From assembly GCF_017307565.1 (NCBI RefSeq), contig NZ_JAFKHD010000070.1, forward strand, positions 1-61,054: 61,054 nt of DNA. Reading direction: 5' to 3'. The number at the start of each line of letters is the position of its first letter. Within the stretch, counting starts at the first letter, position 1. The notes below the pieces were generated by a model. The model saw nothing but the letters and a program-made list of their open reading frames with translations. It did no database searches and was not told where the DNA came from. This stretch comes from Devosia sp. (GTDB lineage Bacteria > Pseudomonadota > Alphaproteobacteria > Rhizobiales > Devosiaceae). This document shows positions 1-7,894 of this stretch, in pieces. A program made the position numbers and the translations under genes.

Positions 1-132
1 GGCGAGCTTGTCGGGGTCGAGCCCGGCATGCTGCATGAAAGCAAGCAGTTCATCGGGGTTTTCGGCAAGGTAACCGAGGCAAGCCTCGGCGACTTCGGCA
101 AGGTCCAGCGATGACGGTTTCGCGAGCGGCAA
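1..132 (-). CDS. DUF3572-family protein (partial, runs off window edge)
   Basis: Manual translation from TTG at 132 (GAGG upstream): MPLAKPSSLDLAEVAEACLGYLAENPDELLAFMQHAGLDPDKLA; divergent from divK, as is typical for DUF3572. Confidence 0.6.
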   Translation of the reverse strand, partial: MPLAKPSSLDLAEVAEACLGYLAENPDELLAFMQHAGLDPDKLA

Positions 133-255
133 GTCTTGGCCTCATTTGAGGTTTTGTAACAGATTGAATGATACCCCAAGGGGACGGGGAAGCGAAGGGC
201 CGCAGTGCTGGGACAGGGGAAACCACCGGTGCCGCAGGCTTTTAAGTGAGGACCA

Positions 256-627
256 ATGTCCAAGACAGTGATGATCGTGGAAGACAACGAGCTCAATATG
301 AAGCTCTTCAACGATCTGCTCGAATCGCGCGGCTATCGGGTCATCCAGACCCGCAACGGTCTGGAGGCGCTGGATTTGGCGCGGGCTCACATGCCCGACC
401 TGATCCTGATGGATATCCAATTGCCCGAAGTGTCGGGGCTCGTGGTCACCAAGTGGCTCAAGGATGACGAACAACTCGCCCATATCCCCGTCATCGCTGT
501 CACCGCTTTCGCGATGAAGGGTGACGAAGAGCGAATTTTGCAAGGCGGCTGCGAAGGTTACATCTCTAAACCTATCTCCGTGTCTCACTTTCTGGAAACC
601 ATTGCCCATTACATTGGGCCTGCCTGA
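256..627 (+). CDS. divK: Single-domain cell-cycle response regulator DivK
   Basis: [18 protein letters not shown]...[14 protein letters not shown]...[11 protein letters not shown]; directly upstream of pleD. Confidence 0.95.
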   Translation: MSKTVMIVEDNELNMKLFNDLLESRGYRVIQTRNGLEALDLARAHMPDLILMDIQLPEVSGLVVTKWLKDDEQLAHIPVIAVTAFAMKGDEERILQGGCEGYISKPISVSHFLETIAHYIGPA

Positions 628-713
628 ATAAGCAGGGAGCGGTTGACGCTTCTGTGGGTCTCGACGGCCGGTGCGGCCGCCGGGCCAGTTTGTTTTGACT
701 TGGGGGATATGCC

Positions 714-2084
714 GTGACTGCGCGCGTTCTGATTGTCGACGACATTCCAACGAATGTCCGGTTGCTCGAAGCGCGGCTGTCGGCTGAGTATTTTGACGTG
801 CTCACCGCCAGTTCCGGCCCCGAAGCCCTTGAAATCTGTGACAATAACGAAGTCGACATCATCCTGCTCGATGTGATGATGCCGGTGATGGACGGCTTCG
901 AAGTCTGCCGGCGCCTGAAGTCCAACCCCAGGACGCACCACGTTCCGGTGCTGATGATCACCGCCCTTGACCAGCCTTCGGACCGGGTCAAAGGCCTCGA
1001 AGCCGGCGCCGATGACTTCCTGACCAAGCCCGTCGACGACACCCAGCTCATGGCCCGCGTGAAGAGTCTGGCGCGTTTGAAATCGCTGACCGACGAATTG
1101 CGGGCTCGCGCCCTGACCGGCCAGCAGATCGCTATCGAAGACGCCCTTCGCGCCATGGATACGATCTCGGCCAGTGGTGGCTCGGTGCTGATCATCGACA
1201 ACGACAAGCGCCATGCCGAGCGGGTGCAGGGGTATCTGAGCGAAGAGCACAAGGTCGACATCCTGCTCGACCCGGCCGACGCCGTCTTCCATGTGTCTGG
1301 CGCACAATACGAATTGGTACTGGTGAGCATGTCGCTGGGCGATTTTGACCCGCTGCGCGTGGCCTCCCAGATTCGCACCGTAGAGCAATCCCGCAACCTG
1401 CCGATTATCCTGATGGCCGACGACGGCGACAAGCCGCGCGTGGTGCGGGCGCTTGATCTCGGGGTTAACGATTTCATCAGCCGACCGATCGAGCGGAACG
1501 AATTGAAGGCGCGGGTGCGGACTCAAATCCGCCGTCACCGCTACGCCATGGAACTGCGCCAGAGCGTCAACAACACCATCGCGCTGGCCGTTACGGACGA
1601 TCTGACCGGGCTCTACAATCGCCGCTATTTTGATAGACATCTCAGTGTCTTGCTGGGCAAAGCTCAAGCCCAGGAACGCAATATGGCGGTGATGATCCTC
1701 GATATCGACCACTTCAAATCGGTCAATGACACCTACGGCCACGACGCTGGCGACATGGTGCTTAGAGAGTTTTCGGCGCGGGTGAAGCGCAATATCCGCG
1801 GTGTCGACCTGGCCTGCCGTTTTGGTGGTGAGGAGTTCGTCGTGCTCATGCCCGACACCGATGTTCTCAATGCCGAACTCGTGGCTGAGCGGGTGCGGCA
1901 GGCGATTGCCGAGAAGGCCTTTGACGTGAATTCGTCCCGGCCACTGGTCGTGACCGTGTCGGTGGGCGTGTCGTTCATCGAGAGCCAGGCGGATACGCCC
2001 GAAACCCTCATCAAGCGTGCCGACCTGGCCCTTTACCGGGCCAAGCGCGAGGGCCGGAACCGGGTTATTCTCGACGCAGCTTGA
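714..2084 (+). CDS. pleD: PleD diguanylate cyclase (REC-REC-GGDEF)
   Basis: Two receiver domains, GGEEF active site, RGVD I-site upstream; GTG start; follows divK. Confidence 0.95.
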   Translation: MTARVLIVDDIPTNVRLLEARLSAEYFDVLTASSGPEALEICDNNEVDIILLDVMMPVMDGFEVCRRLKSNPRTHHVPVLMITALDQPSDRVKGLEAGADDFLTKPVDDTQLMARVKSLARLKSLTDELRARALTGQQIAIEDALRAMDTISASGGSVLIIDNDKRHAERVQGYLSEEHKVDILLDPADAVFHVSGAQYELVLVSMSLGDFDPLRVASQIRTVEQSRNLPIILMADDGDKPRVVRALDLGVNDFISRPIERNELKARVRTQIRRHRYAMELRQSVNNTIALAVTDDLTGLYNRRYFDRHLSVLLGKAQAQERNMAVMILDIDHFKSVNDTYGHDAGDMVLREFSARVKRNIRGVDLACRFGGEEFVVLMPDTDVLNAELVAERVRQAIAEKAFDVNSSRPLVVTVSVGVSFIESQADTPETLIKRADLALYRAKREGRNRVILDAA

Positions 2085-2117
2085 TAAAATGCCGCCTATT
2101 AGGGTTATCTGTTATAA

Positions 2118-2132
2118 TTAACAGATGGTTAT
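2118..2132 (+). promoter_or_regulatory. CtrA-like box (TTAA-N7-TTAT)
   Basis: ttaa-cagatgg-ttat, one mismatch to TTAA-N7-TTAA; overlaps the perfect palindrome atctgtta-taat-taacagat in an AT-rich patch. Confidence 0.5.
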
Positions 2133-2134
2133 CG

Positions 2135-2392
2135 CCAGTATTCGACTGGATTTCCTTGAGTTTCGGCGGGCCCATTGTAGGGTGGTCTCCAGAAGGCGAT
2201 GGTCGCAAACGACTGATGCCTCAGAGCTCCCTACGGCTTATCTCAGGTCCGCCGCAACTCCTGAGTCCCGTAGGGCGGTTGGTCCGGACGCGGTGAGAGT
2301 GGCCTCTTCGACGTACCGCTCCGGACCAGCCACTCTCACTCCTGAAATCGTTATGGAAATGCGCCCCGGTGCTGACAGACTGTTAGCATCGG
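2135..2392 (+). ncRNA. Candidate structured non-coding RNA (family unknown)
   Basis: Multiple long stems with G-U pairs on the + strand, a closing stem (2150-2166 with 2342-2360) and alternative pairings; no credible CDS. Confidence 0.5.
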
Positions 2393-2427
2393 CAATAGCC
2401 GTTTCGAGAATTGGTTAGTCCAAATGC

Positions 2428-2460
2428 GAAAAGGCCCCGCACGATTGTGCAGGGCCTTTC
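2428..2460. terminator. Intrinsic terminator (probably bidirectional) downstream of rpmG
   Basis: gaaaaggccc-c-gcac gatt gtgc-a-gggcctttc hairpin flanked by A/T runs. Confidence 0.75.
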
Positions 2461-2484
2461 AAACGCTTAGAAGGTCAGATCAGA

Positions 2485-2652
2485 TTACTTGATCTTGGCT
2501 TCCTTGAATTCGACGTGCTTGCGAGCAACGGGATCGTACTTCTTGAATGCCAGCTTTTCAGTCTGGGTACGGGCGTTCTTCTTGGTCACGTAGAAATAGC
2601 CGGTATCGGCGGTCGACACGAGCTTGATCTTGATGGTGGCGGCTTTTGCCAT
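2485..2652 (-). CDS. rpmG: 50S ribosomal protein L33 (zinc-free form)
   Basis: Manual translation [55 protein letters not shown] (55 aa, below the ORF-track cutoff). Confidence 0.97.
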   Translation of the reverse strand: MAKAATIKIKLVSTADTGYFYVTKKNARTQTEKLAFKKYDPVARKHVEFKEAKIK

Positions 2653-2768
2653 TTTCGTAGTCCTTCAAACGAAAAGGCGCCGCGAGCCAGGGCAGCGCCG
2701 GAATTTGGGCGCAACCTACGGATTTGCGGGAAGTTGTCAAGCATATAGAGCCAGATGGAGACAGAGAG

Positions 2769-3185
2769 ATGACCACACCGACCGAATTGCTGCACCGCCT
2801 GCAGATCAAGGCTGGCACCAAGCTCTGGCTGATCAACGTGCCCCAGGAAATCGCCGAGGAAATCACCGCCGGCGCCGAGGTGGAGCCGGTGCATGGCGAT
2901 TCCTATTATGACGGGGTTTTGGCGTGTTTTGCCGGCCCCGGGGAGGTGGAGGCCATGACGCCGCGAATCCTGGCCGAGTTGCCTCCGGACGGGCTTCTAT
3001 GGGTTGCCTATAGGAAGGGCGAGATCGGCAAGGCCGCCGGCCTGACCCGCGACACCGGCTGGGCGCCGCTGGAGGCGCAGGGGCTGCGCCCGGTGCGGGC
3101 GGTCGCGCTCAATGGGGAATGGTCGGCGCTGCGGTTCCGGCCGAGGGAGAAGGTCAAGGCGCGGGCAGGGTCGCAGTTTGCCTGA
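2769..3185 (+). CDS. Conserved hypothetical protein (DUF3052-like)
   Basis: DGLLWVAYRKG...LTRDTGW...WSALRFRP motif; GGAC/AGAG-rich RBS before ATG. Confidence 0.65.
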   Translation: MTTPTELLHRLQIKAGTKLWLINVPQEIAEEITAGAEVEPVHGDSYYDGVLACFAGPGEVEAMTPRILAELPPDGLLWVAYRKGEIGKAAGLTRDTGWAPLEAQGLRPVRAVALNGEWSALRFRPREKVKARAGSQFA

Positions 3186-3307
3186 GGGCCGGTCGTCGGT
3201 GCGGAGGGGGTAGGGCGGCGCCGTAGTGCCGCTCTCAAAATGCAGTGATATGGGAAAGTGCCGACGACTACGGCACTCTCACTGGAGCGCGGTGACCGAT
3301 CGAAACG

Positions 3308-3703
3308 TCAGTCCCGCTGGCCGGTACCGAATCCATACATGCGCGTGGCCCATTGCAGGCCGACGATGGAGCCCTTGATCGAGGGCAGCATGGCCAGCGG
3401 CAGCACGATGGCCAGCGGGATCATGGAGATCATGTAGGTGATCGGCTGGATATGATAGGTCATGTCCAGGTGCAGCATCAGGAAGATGATGATGTGGCCG
3501 ACAATGGTGATGGCGATATAGGGCGGGAAATCATCGGCACGGTGGTGCTTGAGTTCTTCGCCGCAAACGTCGCACTGGTCGACGACCTTGAGATAGGCGC
3601 GGAACATCTTGCCCTGGCCGCAATGGGGGCACTTGCAAAGAGTGCCGCGCCACATGGCCTGGCCGACGCTGCGCTGGTCGAGAGTGGTGGTGTCCTGATC
3701 CAT
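3308..3703 (-). CDS. DUF983 family membrane protein
   Basis: CKCPHCGQGKMF...CDVCG...HRADDFPPY plus two TM segments; usual neighbour of rnr. Confidence 0.85.
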   Translation of the reverse strand: MDQDTTTLDQRSVGQAMWRGTLCKCPHCGQGKMFRAYLKVVDQCDVCGEELKHHRADDFPPYIAITIVGHIIIFLMLHLDMTYHIQPITYMISMIPLAIVLPLAMLPSIKGSIVGLQWATRMYGFGTGQRD

Positions 3704-3707
3704 CAAA

Positions 3708-5990
3708 CTATCGCTTTCTCCGGCCCTTTGGACCGAAGCTCCTAGATGGTGCCTTTCGAGGGCGGCGGCCAGATGGCGGATTGCCGCGGCTTCCCTCCGA
3801 GAGAAGTTCGAAGCGTAGCGCGCCGGCTACCGGTGCCGCTTCGACCAGGCGGACCGAGACGCGGTCGCCCAGCGTAAACGTCTCGCCGCTGCGCTCCCCG
3901 ATCATCGCCTGCCGCTCTTCGACAAAGCGATAATAGTCCTGACCCAGGGTCGACGCCGGAATGAACCCGTCGGCGCCGGTTTCGATCAGGCGAATGAAGA
4001 GTCCGGAACGGGTAATGCCGGAAATGCGGCCTTCAAAACGCGCGCCGATGCGCTGCGCGAGGAACTGCGCCAGCAGGCGATCCGACGTCTCGCGCTCGGC
4101 CAGCATGGCCCGGCGCTCGGTGGCCGAGATGTGCTGGGCGATGCCCTGGAGCTTGGTCGCTTCCTGCTCGGTGAGACCATCGTCGCCGAGGCCCAAGGCA
4201 CGCACCAGAGCGCGGTGCACGATGAGGTCGGCGTAGCGGCGGATGGGCGAGGTGAAGTGGGCGTAGCGGTCGAGGTTCAGACCGAAATGGCCGTAATTCT
4301 CGGCGGAATATTCGGCCTGCGCCTGGCTGCGCAGCACCATTTCGCTGACCTGTTCCACATTGCCGGCCTTGCGGGCCTGGCCGAGGATGCCATTGAAATC
4401 GGACGCGCGGACGGAATCGGATTTTTTGACCGCGATGTCGAGGCTGCCGAGGAAGTCCCGAAGACTCTGCAGCTTCTCCGAACTCGGCTCGTCATGGACG
4501 CGATAGAGCAGCTCACTCCGCTTTTGTTCCAGCGTTTCGGCGGCGGCGACGTTGGCCGCGATCATCATCTCTTCGATGAGGCGATGGGCTTCGAGGCGCT
4601 CCGGAATGCGGATATCGGCGACCATGCCTTTGTCGTCGAGGATGATTTTCCGCTCGGGTAGGTCGAGGTCGAGCGGGCCGCGTTTGTCGCGGGCCGAGGC
4701 CATGGCGGCATAGGCGTCCCACAGGGGGCGCAGGATGGGCTCGAGCAGAGGGCCCGTCTTGTCGTCGGCATTGCCGTCGATGGCGGCCTGGGCCTGCTGA
4801 TAGCTGAGCTTGGCTGCCGAGCGCATCAGGATGCGATGGAAGCTGTGGCTGATCTTGTGGCCATCGGCATTGAGCACCATGCGCACGGCGAGAGCGGCGC
4901 GCGCCTCGCCTTCCTTCAGCGAGCACAGCTCGTTGGAAATGCGCTCGGGCAGCATGGGCACGACGCGGTCGGGGAAATAGACCGAGTTGCCGCGGAGATA
5001 CGCTTCGCGATCGAGCGAGGTGCCGGGGCGGACATAGGCGGCGACGTCGGCGATGGCCACGGTGACCACATGGCCGCCGGCGTTCTTCGGATCCTCGTCG
5101 GGCGCGGCGTGGACTGCGTCGTCATGATCCTTGGCGTCGGGCGGGTCGATGGTGACGAGCGGCAGGTCGCGCCAGTCTTCGCGGCCTTTGAGCGTCGCTT
5201 CCTTGGCCTCTTCGGCGTCGCGAATGACGCTGGTCGGGAATTTGTAGGGGATTTCGAGATTGTGGATCGCGATCATGGAAACCGCGCCTTCGGAGGCGGG
5301 GTTGCCGATGACGGAGGTCACCCGGGCGCGCGGAATCATCAGGCGGCCGGAAAGCTTTACTTCCACCTCGACGAGATCGCCGTCCTGGGCTTCGCCGAGA
5401 TCGCCGAGCGGAATGCGCATTTCCTTCTGCTTGCGATCGACCGGGATCAGGCGGGCGCCTTCATTGTCCATGCGGACAATGCCGATCTGGCCGCGACGGG
5501 GCTTGTCCAGCACCTTCATCGGCTTGGCGGTATAGTGGGGGATTTCGTCTTCGCCGGCATCGATGCGAGCGAGGATGCGATCGCCCGGAGCCGGGACGAC
5601 GCGCGAATCCTTGGCAAGGAGCACTTCGACGCGCGGCTTCTCACCTTCTTCCGGGTTCCACTGGGCCGGGAAGGCGTGGAGCGCGTCGGGATCGGCGTCG
5701 GACGGAATATCGAGGACGGTCACATGGGGCAGGGCGGCGGTGCGACGCAGCGCCTTGCGGGTGCGTGTGATGATGCCTTCGCCTTCAAGCTCGGCCAGCA
5801 TTGCCTTGAACGGCCGGCGCATATCGCCGCGAATGCCGAAGATTTTTGCGAGGTCGCGCTTGCCCTTGATGTCGGCGTCCTGCTTCAGGGCCTCCAGCAA
5901 TTGTTCGCGCGTGGGCAATTCACCGGCGCGCTGTTGAACGCTGCGCTTCGGGCCCGAGGTGTTTTTTGGTTTTGGTTTTTTGGTGGTCAT
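3708..5990 (-). CDS. rnr: Ribonuclease R
   Basis: TIDPPDAKDHDDA RNB motif, YAHFTSPIRRYADL, C-terminal S1 domain and basic tail. Confidence 0.95.
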   Translation of the reverse strand: MTTKKPKPKNTSGPKRSVQQRAGELPTREQLLEALKQDADIKGKRDLAKIFGIRGDMRRPFKAMLAELEGEGIITRTRKALRRTAALPHVTVLDIPSDADPDALHAFPAQWNPEEGEKPRVEVLLAKDSRVVPAPGDRILARIDAGEDEIPHYTAKPMKVLDKPRRGQIGIVRMDNEGARLIPVDRKQKEMRIPLGDLGEAQDGDLVEVEVKLSGRLMIPRARVTSVIGNPASEGAVSMIAIHNLEIPYKFPTSVIRDAEEAKEATLKGREDWRDLPLVTIDPPDAKDHDDAVHAAPDEDPKNAGGHVVTVAIADVAAYVRPGTSLDREAYLRGNSVYFPDRVVPMLPERISNELCSLKEGEARAALAVRMVLNADGHKISHSFHRILMRSAAKLSYQQAQAAIDGNADDKTGPLLEPILRPLWDAYAAMASARDKRGPLDLDLPERKIILDDKGMVADIRIPERLEAHRLIEEMMIAANVAAAETLEQKRSELLYRVHDEPSSEKLQSLRDFLGSLDIAVKKSDSVRASDFNGILGQARKAGNVEQVSEMVLRSQAQAEYSAENYGHFGLNLDRYAHFTSPIRRYADLIVHRALVRALGLGDDGLTEQEATKLQGIAQHISATERRAMLAERETSDRLLAQFLAQRIGARFEGRISGITRSGLFIRLIETGADGFIPASTLGQDYYRFVEERQAMIGERSGETFTLGDRVSVRLVEAAPVAGALRFELLSEGSRGNPPSGRRPRKAPSRSFGPKGRRKR

Positions 5991-6088
5991 GTTGCCCGAT
6001 ATGTAGGGGATTGCTGGGCTTTTGCCAAATTGGCTCGCCATGCCGGGCAAAGGCCGCTTGAATGGGTGCTTCAACCCAAGGCGATTCC

Positions 6089-7135
6089 ATGACGATTCCA
6101 TTCTTCGACGGACACAATGACACGCTGTTGCGGATGCTGGATGACCCGCGGCCCAACAAGGTGGAATTGTTCACGAACGGCATGGCCGAGGCGCAGATCG
6201 ACCTGCCGCGGGCCAAGGAAGCCGGGATGGCTGGCGGGTTCTTCGCCATGTTCCCGCCGCCGCTGAAGACAAATTTGAATGCCGTGGCGGCGAGCCCGAC
6301 GACTTCGGGCGGGCAATTGCCGCCGGAGCTGGATATCGCCGAGGCGCAGCGCTCGACCAATGCCATGGCGGCGCTGATGTTCCGGCTGGAAAAGGCCGGC
6401 GCTCTGGCTGTGTGTAGGACGGAAGCGGAGCTGCGGGCGGCGATTGCGGCGGGAAAGCTGGCGGCGATCTATCACCATGAGGGCGCCGAGGCGATCGACA
6501 CAGACTTCAATTCGCTCGAAGTGCTTTACGCGGCGGGATTCCGCTCGCTGGGGATCACCTGGAGCCGCGCCAATGCCTTTGGGACCGGCGTTCCCTTCAA
6601 GCACAATGCCGATCCCGATATCGGGCCGGGGCTGAGCGATTCCGGCAAGGAGCTGGTGCGGGTGTGCGACCAGATGGGGATCATGATTGATCTCTCGCAC
6701 CTCAATGCCGCTGGTTTCCGCGATGTCGCTGCCATTTCGACCAAGCCGCTGGTGGCGACGCATTCCAATGTTTTTGCGATTTGCCCATCGACGCGAAACC
6801 TGACCGACTGGCAGTTGGCGGCGATCCGCGAGAGTGGCGGCGTGGTTGGGCTCAACTATGCGACGGGCTTTTTGCGGCCCGATGGCAAGATGGAGCCGGA
6901 CATGGAGATCGACCTGATGGTCCGCCATGTCGATGCGCTGGTGGAAGCGCTGGGCGAGGACGGCGTGGCGCTCGGGAGCGACTTTGACGGGGCGGTGATG
7001 CCGGCGCCGATCAAGGACGTTACCGGCGTGCCCAAGCTGCTGCAGGCGCTGCTCGACAAGGGCTATGGCGAAACGCTGGTGCGCAAGATCGCGCTGGAGA
7101 ACTGGCTGAGCCTTGTCGGAAGGACGATGGGCTGA
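6089..7135 (+). CDS. Membrane dipeptidase (peptidase M19)
   Basis: DGHND, EGAE, IDLSH, THSN and GSDFDG motifs. Confidence 0.9.
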   Translation: MTIPFFDGHNDTLLRMLDDPRPNKVELFTNGMAEAQIDLPRAKEAGMAGGFFAMFPPPLKTNLNAVAASPTTSGGQLPPELDIAEAQRSTNAMAALMFRLEKAGALAVCRTEAELRAAIAAGKLAAIYHHEGAEAIDTDFNSLEVLYAAGFRSLGITWSRANAFGTGVPFKHNADPDIGPGLSDSGKELVRVCDQMGIMIDLSHLNAAGFRDVAAISTKPLVATHSNVFAICPSTRNLTDWQLAAIRESGGVVGLNYATGFLRPDGKMEPDMEIDLMVRHVDALVEALGEDGVALGSDFDGAVMPAPIKDVTGVPKLLQALLDKGYGETLVRKIALENWLSLVGRTMG

Positions 7136-7138
7136 GTT

Positions 7139-7840
7139 TCAGGGCAGCTGGTCGAGGCGCAGGAAGGTGTAGCCTTTCTGCTTGAGGGTTAGCAGGCCCC
7201 TGGCGATGCCTTCGCCTGCGGCGCGGCTCGGTTGGTTGATATGGGCGATGATGACATCGCCGTCTTTTGCGCCTTCGATGCGAGACTGGGCCACCTTGGC
7301 CGTGGCGCTGGCGCCGAAATCGGCGTTCAGCGAAAAGCCGGCGACGCGATAGCCGAGTTTAGCGATCTCTTCCATCGCATCGGGCGTGTAGAGCGCCGTG
7401 GCGCCGCGAAACCAGGTGGGCTGGCGGCCAAAGCCGGCGATGATCGCCTCGGCCCCGCCGAGCACCTCGTCATCCACTGCCGCGAGCGTGCCGGCAGGAG
7501 TAATGCCATAGGGCTTTTCGCTGCCGGTGACGGCGGGCACGTGATTGCGACCGTGATCCTCGATTTCGAAGAGATCGGGATGGGCGGCGAGGACTGCGGT
7601 GGTCTCGGCATTGTTCTTCATCCACCTTGCGGTGACGAAGAGAGTCGCCGGGATGCGCTCGCGCACCAGGACGTCGAGAATGCGGTGATCGATGCCGCCC
7701 ATGCAGGCGTCGAGCGTAACGGCGACGCGCGGCGTGCCGGTGCCGGGTGCAAAGCTCAGCGGGGGCTCGAGAAGGCCATTGGCGTGGGCCGTGGGCGTGA
7801 GTGCCAGGGCAAAGGCAAAGGCGGATAGCAGGCGGCGCAC
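7139..7840 (-). CDS. Polysaccharide deacetylase family protein, exported
   Basis: Signal peptide; VTLDAC, PATLFVTARW, EDHGRNH, VIIAHIN; start codon (GTG) inferred. Confidence 0.8.
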   Translation of the reverse strand: MRRLLSAFAFALALTPTAHANGLLEPPLSFAPGTGTPRVAVTLDACMGGIDHRILDVLVRERIPATLFVTARWMKNNAETTAVLAAHPDLFEIEDHGRNHVPAVTGSEKPYGITPAGTLAAVDDEVLGGAEAIIAGFGRQPTWFRGATALYTPDAMEEIAKLGYRVAGFSLNADFGASATAKVAQSRIEGAKDGDVIIAHINQPSRAAGEGIARGLLTLKQKGYTFLRLDQLP

Positions 7841-7894
7841 GGTCGATCTCCGGAACGCCGCGAGAATGGCGTTTCCGGAGATTTCAGGCAAGCC

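Noticed and set aside
2195-2230. c-di-GMP-I riboswitch or hammerhead ribozyme (GCAAA loop, CTGATG)
   Set aside because: Lacks the two-stem GEMM consensus, and lacks the complete CUGAUGA...GAAA hammerhead core.
2081-2418. ORFs 2081-2296 and 2125-2418 as proteins
   Set aside because: No RBS, atypical composition and no motif; the region is better explained by RNA structure.
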